Positions 1 to 11,689 of a stretch of DNA of 64,000 nucleotides are shown here, piece after piece. The position numbers and the translations under genes are program-made. Source of the DNA: Sminthopsis crassicaudata. Its lineage: Eukaryota. The DNA lies in NCBI RefSeq assembly GCF_048593235.1, contig NC_133617.1:13211607-13275606 (forward strand), read 5' to 3'. The first letter of the stretch is position 1; each line of letters starts with the position of its first letter. The notes beneath the pieces are model-generated. The model did not search any database. It was not told the origin of the DNA and saw nothing but the letters and a program-made list of their open reading frames with translations.

Positions 1-423
1 CCTTCCCAGTGTCCCCGGAGCTTTAACCACGTGCTGTCTCCTCGACTGCGCTGCCCGGGGGAGCCCATGCCGCCAGCAGCGAGCGGGCCCCTGGCTGTGG
101 GAATCGGCTTCTCCTCTGCCTCCCAGCCCTTCCCCCACCCAGAGCTCACTCTGAGAGGCCCCATTGAAGCCCGCCCGGTGCCAACTGCTGGAAATGCTGC
201 AGGGATGTTTGCACCCCGAGCCCCACTGTTCCCATTCACTGAGAGAGAAAGCCGCTTGGCCCGGCGCCCGTTGGCTCCTGCTTGAAGAGGGAAGCTCAGC
301 TCCCGGCAGCTCCTCGAGCCAGGGCCTCCCCCTGGCCCAGGGAGCACCAGGGCCAGCTGAGAGCTCAGCTCGGCCTCGGGCCCCCGGGAGAGCACAGACC
401 ATCAGCCAGGCTTCTCTTCCCAG

Positions 424-541
424 GGTTCTGATGATGAAGAGGAGGGCCAGAAAGTTCCTCCTCCTCCAGAGACCCCCATGCCCCCACCACTGCCGCCAAC
501 CCCGGATCAGGTCATCGTCCGCAAAGACTACGACCCCAAAG
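424..541 (+). CDS. SF3A1: SF3A1 exon 8 (118 nt)
   Basis: ttcccag|GGTTCT ... CCCAAAG|gtacgg; GSDDEEEGQK...KDYDPK. Confidence 0.95.
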
Positions 542-3500
542 GTACGGAGGCTTCGGGCCGCCACCCCTGGGCCCCGGGGGCTGGGGGGGGTCCCTGCCAA
601 GAGCTTACCTTCTCCCTTCCTTTGCAGCTTCCAAGCCCCTACCCCCAGCCCCCGCCCCAGACGAGTACCTGGTGTCCCCCATCACTGGGGAGAAGATCCC
701 GGCCAGCAAGATGCAGGAGCACATGCGCATCGGCCTGCTGGACCCGCGCTGGCTGGAGCAGCGCGACCGCTCGATCCGCGAAAAGCAGAGCGACGACGAG
801 GTCTATGCCCCAGGTGAGGCCGGCCCGGCTGGTCCCGACGCCCTCAGAGTTTGCATCCTCTGTGGTTTCAGCTTGGGGGCGGGGGGTGCATATGTCCTTG
901 GGCTCAGGTTACAGGCCGCTCCCCAGGGGCCCATCAACCCTGCCCAGCCGTTGTTGGGAGGCAGGGCCCACTGAGTGGGCCCCGTCCCCTCTCTGCCTCA
1001 GTCTCCTCTGTTAATGGGTGTCCTTGGAGCTCCCACCTTCCGGAGCTGTGAGGAGGACGCCGTAAGCGTCAGCCCTCGTGCGTCTGATCCCTTTGTCCTC
1101 GTCTGTGGCTTAGGTCTGGACATCGAGAGCAGCCTGAAGCAGCTGGCCGAGCGGCGTACCGACATCTTCGGGGTGGAGGAAACGGCCATCGGCAAGAAGA
1201 TCGGCGAGGAGGAGATCCAGAAACCTGAGGAGAAGGTGAGGCGGCCCATCCTCCCTCCTCCCCCCAACCCCAGCCCATCCTCCCAGCAGGAGGGCGCTCC
1301 CCTGACCCCAGCGCTTTCTTTTCCAGGTCACCTGGGACGGCCACTCGGGCAGCATGGCCCGAACCCAGCAGGCTGCCCAGGCCAACATCACTCTCCAGGA
1401 GCAGATCGAGGCTATTCACAAGGCCAAGGGGCTCGTGCCGGAGGACGACAGCAAGGAGAAGATCGGCCCCAGCAAGCCCAACGAGATCCCTCAGCCGCCC
1501 CCTCCGTCCTCGGCCCCCAACATCCCCACCTCAGCCCCGCCCATCACCTCCGTGCCCCGGCCCCCCTCGGTGAGCGCCAGCCAGAGGGGCCTTTACTGCA
1601 GACCCCAAGACTGGGGCCTTGCCTGGGTGGGAGGAGATCCATGTCTTGTGACCCCAAATCCAGCGCTCTGCTGCCCCTAGACCTATCCCCAGCAGAGCAG
1701 GCAGGGCCAGAGCCCGAGCGCACCGGGGGCTCTCCGGAGGGACCCAACCGTGGGGAAAGCCCGGAAGCGGGCTGAGGGCGAGGAGGGCCAGAGTCCAGGC
1801 CCCTCCGGATCCTTCTGGGGTCACTGCTTCACTCCCCCCAAGGGCCTGCTGCTTGAGGCACTCTTTGAGCGGCCCCAGCTTGTCCCCCAGTTCCTACAGT
1901 GCAGAGGGAGGGGCGTCCAACTTCTGATGAGGGGGACTCTTACTGTGAAGGCCGGGCGGCAAAGTGGCGCCTCTGGTGCTGGCCCTTGGCGTGACTGCCC
2001 CTGTGCCCTTTGCAGATGCCGCCTCCCGTCCGAACCACGGTCGTTTCGGCTGTGCCCGTCATGCCGCGGCCCCCGATGGCCTCTGTGGTGCGCCTGCCTC
2101 CGGGCTCGGTGATTGCTCCCATGCCGCCCATCATCCACGCGCCTCGCATCAATGTGGTGCCCATGCCGCCCTCCGCCCCGCCCATCATGGCACCGCGGCC
2201 ACCTCCCATGATTGTGCCGACAGGTCGGTGCCCTCTCTGGGTGGAGGGGGATGCTCGAATTTGGAACAGAATGATCTGCTTGCAGCCCTTGGAATTCTTC
2301 CTGGAGGGGCTGATGACCACTTGTTAGGGTTGACAGGGCCAGGCTTTTGGGGGGGGGGGAGACGCACAAGAGAGGATGCCCTTGAATTCTGAGTGCTAAG
2401 CCCTGGGCCTTGGGAGTCGGGGCTCAGGAAAGGCTTATTCCTCCCTTCCCCCTCGGGGATTACCTCTTCTGGGTCACTGCCTACCCAACAGCCCCTTCCT
2501 TGGGGCAGCTGTCACTCAGCCAGGTTGGCATTAGGAGGGCGTCATCTTAGCACAATCCCTGGGCTCCCGGATGCTAAGGGCATAAGACACGTGGCACATC
2601 ACAGGTAAAGGCTCGATGTCCTTCAGCTCCAGCCTCAGTCACCGAGGGTTTACTGAGCGTTTCCAGGTGCCAGGCCCTGGACTTGGGGAGTTAGCAGAGG
2701 CAGGCCAGCCTGCAGAGGGAGGCTTTGAAAACAGTGGGCCCTGGAGGAGAGGGAGAGCCCACTGCACCAGTGCAGGGCTTAGCAACCCCCCAAGGCAGGA
2801 GAGAGAGAGAGGTCTGGCCCCAGGCTCACCTGGCCTGGCTTCCAGAGGCCTGCTGGGTTAACTAAGTGCAGTAAGGAGACTCAGTCAGCCCATCATCCAC
2901 GCGCCTCTAGAACTTTGTTAAAAGAGTACATGTAGCTTGGTGCCTGTGGTGGTCAGAACCACTGGTCCTGGAAAAGCGGGTGGGAGAGTCTGGTCCCAGG
3001 GGGTGCAAGAGAGAAGCCCCCCAGCAGGCAGCGTTGGGCAGGGCTCTCTTGGGCATCCCCTGTGGATGTGGGGATCCTGCACAGTCTCACATCCTGGGGC
3101 ACCCCTGCCTAAGGGGCTCACTGGTGTGTTTGTACTCCCAGCGTTTGTGCCGGCCCCCCCGGTGGCTCCCGTCCCGGCCCCGACCCCCATGCCTCCTGTC
3201 CACCCACCGCCACCCATGGAGGAGGAGCCCGCTTCCAAGAAGCTGAAGACCGAAGACAGCCTGATGCCCGAGGAAGAGTTTCTGCGCAGGAACAAGGCAT
3301 GTAGTGCAGCTGGGCTGGGTGCAGCCTCCCTTGGGGAAGGAGGCCCCGGGCTTCCTGCGGGGGTTCTCTGAGGGGCTCTGGGGCAGCAGATGGGTAGCAC
3401 CTGGCATCCTACTCAAGGAGGGAAAGAGGCCACTTTGCTGACCCGGTGGGTTCAGGCCTTGAAGCCTCCCCAGGTCACAGTCTCAGCCCCTCCTGCCCTG

Positions 3501-4278
3501 GGAGTGGCCCCATCCACTCCACTCCAGGGGTGGCCCCATCTCCCAGCTTGGCAGGCTTCCCCGGGTCAATCCCTGCCCCCCGGGGGGTCCTGAGGATCAG
3601 CTGAGACAAGTCACGGCCAGAGTGTCCGGCAAACCTTCCTGTTCTGCAGACGTGGGAGCTGCTGTCAACAAGGCCACTGCTACCACCTGGGGGAGGGCTG
3701 TTTAGGGGGCAGCAGGCCCTTTGCAGATCTAATTAATTAGCCCCAAAGGGTGGGAGGCGTGGGATTTCCTCATTGGGTAACGCCTCTTTTGTGTCACAGG
3801 GTCCAGTCACCATCAAGGTTCAGGTCCCCAACATGCAGGACAAGACCGAATGGAAGCTGAATGGGCAAGTGCTGGTCTTCACTCTCCCGCTGCCCGACCA
3901 GGTATGTGCTGGTGAGGGTCAGGGGTCAGGGGTCAGGGGCTGGGGGTGGGGTGGGGAGGCCTTGCAGAGAGTGTCATCTCCACTACATCTCTGTTCTCCA
4001 GGTCTCTGTCATCAAGGTCAAGATCCACGAGGCCACTGGCATGCCCGCTGGCAAGCAGAAGCTGCAGTACGAGGTGAGCGCCCCCCTCTCCCCATGGGGT
4101 CTCCGCTCCTGCTGTGCTTTGGGGGGAAGGGAAGGGGACCTGGATGCTGCCCCTCACACAAGACTGGTTCTTTCAGGGCATCTTCATCAAAGACTCCAAC
4201 TCACTGGCCTATTACAACATGGCGAACGGGGCTGTGATCCACCTGGCGCTGAAGGAGAGAGGCGGGAGGAAGAAGTAG
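424..4278 (+). CDS. SF3A1: Splicing factor 3A subunit 1, 3' part (equivalent to human exons 8-16; 5' exons lie outside the window)
   Basis: join(424-541,628-813,1114-1235,1327-1569,2016-2223,3142-3296,3800-3901,4002-4073,4177-4278) = 1308 nt, phases consistent. Translation GSDDEEEGQKVPPPPETP...VIVRKDYDPK...EYLVSPITGEKIPASKMQEHMRIGLLDPRW...C-terminal ubiquitin-like domain ending HLALKERGGRKK* is recognisably SF3A1. Confidence 0.98.
628..813 (+). CDS. SF3A1: SF3A1 exon 9 (186 nt)
   Basis: tttgcag|CTTCC ... CCAG|gtgagg; ASKPLPPAPAPDEYLVSP...DDEVYAP. Confidence 0.95.
1114..1235 (+). CDS. SF3A1: SF3A1 exon 10 (122 nt)
   Basis: cttag|GTCTG ... GAAG|gtgagg; GLDIESSLKQLAERRTDIFG...KPEEK. Confidence 0.95.
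1327..1569 (+). CDS. SF3A1: SF3A1 exon 11 (243 nt)
   Basis: ttccag|GTCACC ... TCG|gtgagc; VTWDGHSGSMARTQQAAQAN...VPRPPS. Confidence 0.95.
2016..2223 (+). CDS. SF3A1: SF3A1 exon 12 (208 nt)
   Basis: ttgcag|ATGCCG ... ACAG|gtcggt; MPPPVRTTVVSAVP...PMIVPT. Confidence 0.95.
3142..3296 (+). CDS. SF3A1: SF3A1 exon 13 (155 nt; GC donor)
   Basis: cccag|CGTTT ... AACAAG|gcatgt; AFVPAPPVAP...EEEFLRRNK. Confidence 0.9.
3800..3901 (+). CDS. SF3A1: SF3A1 exon 14 (102 nt)
   Basis: cacag|GGTCCA ... CAG|gtatgt; GPVTIKVQVPNMQDKTEW...LPDQ. Confidence 0.95.
4002..4073 (+). CDS. SF3A1: SF3A1 exon 15 (72 nt)
   Basis: ctccag|GTCTCT ... GAG|gtgagc; VSVIKVKIHEATGMPAGKQKLQYE. Confidence 0.95.
4177..4278 (+). CDS. 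SF3A1: SF3A1 exon 16 coding part (102 nt incl. TAG)
   Basis: tttcag|GGCATC ... AAGTAG; GIFIKDSNSLAYYNMANGAVIHLALKERGGRKK*. Confidence 0.96.
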   Translation, partial: GIFIKDSNSLAYYNMANGAVIHLALKERGGRKK

Positions 4279-4630
4279 AGGCGCCCAGTGCGGCGGCCCC
4301 AGCCCTCGCCCAGGCGTCCTTGCTGAGACGCCCACCCTTGGCAGCTTCCCTTGTGGGGGTTCCTGTTGTCTTATGTTCATCCTGTTCAGAATCTGGAGGG
4401 CTGGGTTCAGGTCCCCTTGATTGTGCGTTCCCAGAATCAGTTAGAAAAGACCGGGTCGTGGCGCTTGCTTGTCCGGCAGCCATCCGCATTGTGATGGCCA
4501 CGTAGCCCGTGACTCTCCGTGATGATGTGGAAGTCGCCACCCTGCCCGTGCCCTCCTCTGGCGGGCAGGAGGAAGCCGCATGTGCTAGTTTTCCATCTTC
4601 TGTTGGGAAGGTTCCATGTTACTTAGTTCC

Positions 4631-4636
4631 ATTAAA
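4631..4636 (+). terminator. Probable SF3A1 polyadenylation signal (ATTAAA variant)
   Basis: First poly(A) hexamer I found after the stop codon, followed by a GU/U-rich tract (tgttcagtcagaagttttctgtgctgtgcttt). Confidence 0.5.
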
Positions 4637-5002
4637 CTCTTGTTCAGTCAGAAGTTTTCTGTGCTGTGCTTTCCAGGAAGCAAATTACCCCGAGTTCGTC
4701 GTGGCCCTGGTTTTGAAAATAGAGTTCTTCTCGCTAGCTGGGGTTCTTGGTGACCTTGCTTAGTGGTCACTCCTCTTCTGGCACTGACCAGAAAGCCCAG
4801 GGTGTGTGGGGGGGAAGCAGGGGGTCCTGGGTTTCCCAGTGAGATCTTAATGGGCTTCAGGTTAGGGAAGAGGCCGGACGGGTTCTTCCCACATGCCCTT
4901 CCTCTACACAATTCATTGTAAACGATCCCCGTTCTTGGACCTTCACGGCAGAGAGTCCGTCTCCTCTTACATGGCGAGTTGCAGACCCTTCCGTGCTCGC
5001 CG

Positions 5003-5565
5003 TGTATAATAATCTCTTCTCTAAAATACAGTCTTCTCTAGGAGCAGGTTTCTTGGGGGCTTTTGGGAGCGGCCTTCCTTTCAGTTCAGTTCAATAATCA
5101 CCTCAAATGCAGCCAGGAGCTAAAAGTCCAGATCCTTTATTGTCTCCTTCAAAATAGCCCGATTAGCTTTAATAAAGGCCTCTCTCTCTCTTTGGTTCCG
5201 AGCTAGTCCTTTGTCTCTTCCAGCTTCTCCAGCTTCTCCAGCTCCCTCTGAATCCAAAGCCTCCACCGGCACAGAGGTGGAAACGGGAATGACTCTGACT
5301 CGGCCTCCCAGAGTGGGCTTGTGGGAGCTCCTTGCTTATATGCTGTGCACTGAGTATACTCCAATCATTTCATCATGAGGAAACCATTACTTGTTGGAGG
5401 ATTAAATCAACACTAAACTAGGTTTAACCAGTCTCCTCAATCCCCCTCAATACCTTGTAACATAACATCTTGTAGGATCAGATCAATCATACCAAACCAC
5501 GCTAAATGCAGTAACTATTGTCTCCATCTATTCCACTGACTTAGTACCTTGAAAGAATCATAACA
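5003..5565 (-). mobile_element. Endogenous retrovirus LTR (marsupial type), antisense to SF3A1
   Basis: On the - strand it starts TGTTATGATTC and ends TTATACA (TG...CA). TATAAG at 5340-5335, AATAAA at 5141-5136. Immediately followed by the PBS-like CGGCGAGCACGGAAGGGTC (5002-4984). Confidence 0.75.
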
Positions 5566-6259
5566 GCCGTGCCCCAAAATCACTGTGTCTGGGAGACTCG
5601 GGCCTGGCTCTTATTCCTGGCCCACACTGGGGTTAAAGCATCGGGTCCCAGGTCACACGGCTCCGAAGGGCTGGGGTGCTGCCTCCCTGACGTCGGACCC
5701 CCCTCCCTTCTCAGAGATGTCAGACCAGATGTGGCTTTGAGCCTCGTGGAATTATCCCTCGTGTGCCAGGAGCAGGAGGGCAGGCCGGCAGAGGCCCGTC
5801 CTTAGCCCCAGAGCTCTTCCTCTTCATTATTTCTGGTCGTGACCCTCAGCAAAACATCCCCAAGAAAAGTGAGCTGCTAGAGAGCCTTCCGTCTTGGGCC
5901 GGCATGTTAACTTAGCTGCGCAGCCGGGTGTGCGGGACCTCGCTCTGCCAGCAAACGGGCAGCTGCCGTTTTAGTGAGGACCTCCCCGTGCTGGAGATGA
6001 GAACTTGCCATCCCCTGAAAGGTGGTAAGTGCCAGGCAAGTGAAGAAGCTGGAGGCTGGGATGCCCGAGGAACGGGGCAGGTACAGGCAGCCAGCGAGGG
6101 AGGCAGGGTTCTTACCCGGCATGGGCACGAGGACTCTGTATGGGAGAAAAGGGAAGGCTTCTGGACTGGCACAGAGGAGGCATCCTAGCCATGAGAAGCC
6201 AACCTCCCAGAGAGCCCAGTGACATCCGGATGGGGAGGGAGAGACACGGGCGATTTCAA

Positions 6260-7080
6260 TGATTGTTCTACATCCCTATTGGTCAGAGAAATGCAAATTA
6301 AGGCAAGTCTGAGGTACATAACAACCCTCTCAGATTGGCTAAGGTGACAGAGAAAGATAACGAGGAATGTTGGAGGGATGCGGGAAAACTGGACACTGGT
6401 ACATTGTTGGTGGAGTTGTGAAAGAATCCAGCCATTCTGGAGAGCAATCTGGAATCATAAAAATGCAAATCCTTGGGTCCCACGAGCCTTTACTGGGTCT
6501 GTATCCCAAAGGATCACAGGGGAAGTTTTGCCCACAGGTGCAAAAATGTTCGGGGCAGCCCTTTTTGTGGTGGCCAGGAACTGGTGCCCCTCATTGGGGA
6601 ATGGCTGGATAAGTTCCCATATATGGATGTCATGGAATATTCTAAGAAATGATGAGCAGGGATATTTCCGGAAAAACTGAAGGACTTCCATGAATTGCTA
6701 CTAAGGGAAGTGAGCAGAACATGGACATGGCAACAAGAAGATTCCGGGATGACCAAGCAGATGGACGCGGCTCCTTTTAGTAAGAAGGCGACTGGGGCGG
6801 TTTCAGTGGGCTTGGGATGGAGAGGGCCGCGCTCCCGGAGCCGGGCTGAATGTGGAGCGAGGCCCCCATTGTCCCCTTTCGCTGTCGTCGGCTTGATTTT
6901 CCTTTCTCGTGTTTTTCCCCTTTTGATCTGATTTTTCTTGTGCAGCGAGACAAATGGGGAAACAGTTGCACATTTAATCCATATCAGTGCTTGTCGTGGA
7001 GGGCGAAGGGGAGGAGGGGGAGAAAAACAGGAACCCGAGGTTTCCCAGAGGTGGCTGCTGGGAAAATGAGGGTTTCCAAA
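6260..7080 (+). mobile_element. L1 3' fragment (ORF2 C-terminus plus 3' UTR), GC-eroded
   Basis: ORF 6378-6680 contains HCWWSCERIQPFWRAIWN, the L1 ORF2 Cys-rich C-terminus. Downstream sequence aligns by eye to the L1 3' UTR copy at 47935-48480. Confidence 0.85.
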
Positions 7081-8399
7081 GGAGTTCATGTGGTGCTCCC
7101 CAGTCTACCGCGGGGAGTCCTCCAGGGCTTTGGCGGGGAGTGCTCCAAGAGCCACGTGGGGAACAGAACTGCTGACAGCTCGGAAAAGACAGGCTTGGAG
7201 GCTGAGACGGGGCTAATCTGCTTAGTCTTCTTAGCCTCCCCTTGGCACCCAAGGTTGGGCGGGAGCAGGGAGGCAGAGCACAGTGAGGTTGGAGCACAGC
7301 GCCGTCTCAGGGGCACCCGCGGAAAGCGCCCCTCCGGCACCGCAAGGGAAGTGCGGCTGGGCCGGGAACGCCTTTCAGACAAGGCGGGGGTGGGGGGTGG
7401 GGGCCGGCCTCCTCCGGGAACATCCGTGCGTGCACAGCTCGGCTTCAGGCCCGCTGCGCCCGGATCAGAGAAGGGGGAGCACTCCTGAGAACTGGGAGGA
7501 CGGCCACCACCCAGGATGCCCAGCGTTCCTTCCCCAGCTAGAGCTGCGGGCTGAAGGAGAGGGGGTGCGCTAAAGGGGGGCTCCGTTCTCAGTAACGTCA
7601 GAGAGCCAGCCCACGTGCCCTCGGTGCCGCCATTACAGCGCTTGGCGGGGATGGGGGGGAATGGAGACTGGAGTGGGCAAGCCCTGGGCCCCGCCCTCCT
7701 GGCCCCTCCCGGGGGCTTCTGGGAAAGGGCCGGTGTTGTGGGCCGTGGGAGGAGCAGGCACACGCCCCTGGCAGTCAGGCACTGTCAAGGAGGGGCACGC
7801 CAGAGTCCCGAGTTCAAATTCAATTACTTCCGGTAGGATGCGGAAAAGCCCGTTTCCCCTCACGGAAGGAAGGTTTGCACTGGGGGTCTCCGGTCCTACT
7901 TAATCCTAGCCCACCAAGCCACAGCCCCGCGCCTTCCAGCCTCAGTTTGTCCTTCTGTCAGAAGTACCCAGGGAAGTGCGCCCCAGGGCTGAGCCTGCGG
8001 GCAGAGCCGGTCTTTGGGGGAGCTGAGCTGCAGGGGAGGGACTGGGGTGGGATGGGGGAGAAGAATGGGGACAGTGGGAGTGGGGGGGTGGGAGGAGAAG
8101 AGGCAAATGGGGGATGGGGGAGAAGAGGGGCAGTGGGGGTGGGGAAGGAGGAGGGAGGCAGTGGGGGGTGGCCACCTCCCTACCCACCAGACTGACCGGT
8201 CCCCAGGAAGGGGCGCTGTGGGGGAGGCTTGCCCTAGAGGTGAAAGGTCAAGAATGTGGCGGGGCAGAATGTGTGAATGGCTCCTTTGAGAGGCCTCAGC
8301 GCGGGGGCGGGGGCGGGGGGAGGGCCAGGGAGTCTGACTGTGAGGGGGGGAGGGACGGGACTTTCTCGGCGGAGACGGGGAGGCGTCTGCCCCTGCTTT

Positions 8400-8510
8400 C
8401 TGCCCATTTCACAGATGAGGCAAGGAAGGTGAAGTGACTTGCCCAGGACCACACAATTGGCGTCAGAGGTCAAATTTGAATTCGGGTCCTGCCTCTGATT
8501 CCAGACCCCG
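8400..8510 (-). mobile_element. MIR-family SINE
   Basis: cccatttcacagatgaggcaa...gtgacttgcccaggaccacac...atttgaattcgggtc: MIR/CORE motifs. Similar copies near 18400, 37800, 43520, 47060, 51300 and 62690. Confidence 0.7.
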
Positions 8511-9900
8511 GGGGTTTCCCTCCGCTACGCCCCTCCCAGCCCTGTACTGAGGGCTGCTGGGTAATGCGGAGGGTGGGGGCGGTGGCCGAGGGAATCCTGT
8601 CCGCGGAACCTGGGGGCGTTCCATGGCTGTAGTCTCGGAGCAGGGCCAGCAGGGGGCGCCCCTGCCCGCGCGGTGGGTGCTAAATGCTGCGCGGCCGCAG
8701 AGCTCCCCCAGGAGCTGCTCCCTCACCTGGGCTCCGCGGAGTAGTTCGCAGCCGGGGGTCAGGCGGGGCCCACTGCTCTCCGCTCCCGAGGGCCTCGGCT
8801 TAAGAGGGAGGCAGGGAGGCAGGGAGGGAGGGAGGGGGGGTGCTGCTCCCATTTTGCAGATGAGGAAGCCGTGGGGAAGCAAGTTCAAAAGAATGGGCCC
8901 AGTCACTCACCCACTTCTTCATTCACTGACTCCCTCCCTCCCTCCCTCCTGAGAGCCGGCCAGTGCTGGGAGAGCCCTCGGGAGCGCACGGCCCCTTTCT
9001 TCACCCGGAGTGTGCAGGGACCCGCTCGCCGTCCCCGCGGCTCCCGCAGAGCTCGGCCCGAGCGCGGCGCCCGCAGCCCCTCCCCCCTCGGCCCCCGGCC
9101 CCGCCGCTCTGCCTCCAGCTGCTTCCAGTGGGAATGTCGGGCCTTCTGTCGGAGACCAGAATATCCTGCTCGGCCCCTCTCCCCCCTCCCGTTTCGGGAC
9201 CACATCTGCTTTTTGCCGTCTCCGTGGCTAGTTAAGGAAAATCAGAAGCGCCGGGGATTTTTCCAGGCCCGACCAGGAATGCGGCGGCTCGGGAACAGCT
9301 GAGGAGCTGCCGCGGCAGACAGCGGGACCCCCTCCCGCTCGGGACACCCCCCCCCCTTTTCCCAAGGAGGCCGGAGCTCCCACGGCCACGAGGGAGCGAT
9401 TGTTGGCCACGTGGCCCTGTCCTGGCTCTGACCACTGCTCCACCCGCTTGTGGGGGCAGCCAAGAGACCGGCAGGTCAGTGGGGGCCCTCGGGGACCGCG
9501 GCAAGCCCTTCCTGGCTCCTGCTCTATCTCCGAGGCCCCTCCCAGCACAGAAAGCTAAGAGGAGGCTGGAGGCTGGCCTCGGACTACAGGCCCAGCGGCG
9601 CTCCATCAGCACGCACTCAATTAAACGGGATTTCATCCTCCTATAATGGGCCTCTTGAGAATTTGAAAGCAAAAATAAAAATAATTGTTAAAAGCATGTA
9701 TTACCAAGCAAACAAGTTACATTTAAGGCATCCACTTCCCCCTCCTCCTTCTTAGTAAGGGACCTTAAATAATGTCCTTTAGCATAAAGTGGCCCTTTTA
9801 CAGATGAAAAACTGAGGCAGCTTGGTACAGGGCAAAAACATTGGATCTGGCAGCCTTCAAACCTAGCTTTTCCCACTTAACTTAATCCATGCTGGGAGGC

Positions 9901-10060
9901 CAGCCTCCCTCATCTACAGCCTCCTTTCCTCCCTTCCTTTCTCATCTACAGCCTCCTTTCCTCCCTTCATCTACAGCCTCCTTTCCTCCCTTCATCTACA
10001 GCCTTCCTCATCTACAGCCTCCTTTCCTCCCTTCATCTACTGCCTCCCTCCCTCATCTGC
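9901..10060. repeat. Minisatellite, unit about 25 bp CATCTACAGCCTCCTTTCCTCCCTT
   Basis: CATCTAC(A/T)G recurs at 9911, 9943, 9968, 9993, 10009 and 10034. Confidence 0.9.
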
Positions 10061-10149
10061 AAGTTGGAATGGGGCACTTTGGTTCTCTGCTTCCCAAAGG
10101 TTGTGTATGGTACAGAGGGGAAGCAAGTGATCAGGTCACAGGGGTGACG

Positions 10150-10620
10150 CTGTCAGCCAAAGCGCTTAGTAAGCCCCTAGTGTGTACCAAGCCCTGTGGT
10201 AAGCAGAGGGAACACAAGAAGAAAGGCAGTAAACGGTAAGTAAAATGGCAGAGACCTCATACAAATGGCCAGGCTGGACAAGCTGTGTGTACAAAGTAGG
10301 GCCAAGGTGGTCTCTGAGATTTGGGAGGAGGGGAGGGAGGAACAGAACAGAAAGCCTGTGGAAGGTGGATCCGGGCCCGGTCTTAAGGGAAGTGGGAGAG
10401 TGTGGGGGGCATTGGAGACTACGCGAAGGCACAGAGGTGGGAGAAGGAGCATGGGTGAAGAACAGCCAGGAAGCCGATGGACTAGATAGGGGAGAGCCCC
10501 AAGGGGCCAAGGTGTGAGAAGGAAAAGGGAGGAGGGGGTCAGTTCAAAACCAAAGAGAAATAGGGAGCCACTGAAGTTTATAGAGCAAGGGAGTGCCATT
10601 TAGTGGCTGAAAGGGGAGAC
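10150..10620 (-). mobile_element. L2 LINE relic
   Basis: Reverse L2 tail (taagcccctagtgtgtaccaagccctgtggtaag) plus purine-rich body containing gagccactgaagttt...gagcaagg. Confidence 0.55.
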
Positions 10621-11689
10621 AAGTAGCAGGCTATCTCGAGTCCAGAAGAGCTAAATGAGGCTAGAAACCAGCCTGGTTGCCAGTTAGTGGAGCCACTGTG
10701 AACAAACCCGGGGATCCCGCCAAAGCTTGGCTTTCTGGAGCAAGAGCTGAGGGTTAAACAGAGGGTTGGAGCCCGGGTGATCTGGAGGGAAAGTGGGGAC
10801 AAAGCGAATGAGCCTGCTGGGGACAGAGAGCTCTAGTGCCAGCTATCCAACAGAGAGAGGTGAGGGCTGGATTCCTGGTGGCTGAGCTCCCAGAGCTGGC
10901 CCACGGGCAGGGCTTAAGCAAGAAAGGCTTGTGGACTGACTTGTCCGATGAGATCGGCATGGAGAGAAGGAAAGGGGGGGTGGGGTGTAGCGCAGAGAGT
11001 GGGGTGCGCCCTGGATGGAGGCTGGGAGGAGCAGTCAGACCAGTGGGGGGAGGGGGGAGGCTGAGACAGAGCAAGCGAGCTGGGCCCGGAGAACCGAGGG
11101 CGGAGGAAGTATCCAGGCCGAGATCCTGATTCCCGTGCCCAGGGCTGTTCCCACCATAGTCCTGGGAGGCAGGGGGGCCCAGGGGGGAAACTGAGGCACT
11201 CGGCTAGTCCTGCTGGCTCCAAGCTTCGGGGAATGCCTTCCACAGGCCGGAGGCAGATTCCCTAGTGGGGCTTAAGGCAGCCCCCCCCCCTTCCCAACCA
11301 AGACTCCTCACACACACACACACGTGCACCCCTCATGTACATGTACGCACACACGCTCGTGCGCATCCCTCCGGCTCTCACATCCATACTCACGTACTCG
11401 GGCCCCCACTCGTGCGCCCCTCCCCCCACTCGCTTCTCCGTCTAAATACAAGCTGAGAGAGAGAAGCCGGTGACCCTGGGACCCGGCTGGAAGAGCCCCC
11501 TCCAAACGGAGCCAGGCTTTGGGGGACCGCAGGAACAGTCTGCCCGCGGGGGGGAACCTCTAAGGGAGTGCAAGGGGGGTTGGGGAAGAGGAGACCGCCC
11601 CCCGGGTGGAGAGACGGAGGCCGGCAGGGGGAGGTGGCTCTGGTTGAGCCCTTGGGCTTGGGATACAGCCCGGGCAAAGGCTTGGAGGT

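Noticed and set aside
4519-4600. Possible C/D snoRNA (GTGATGA box C) in the SF3A1 3' UTR
   Set aside because: No CTGA box D or terminal stem at a suitable distance.
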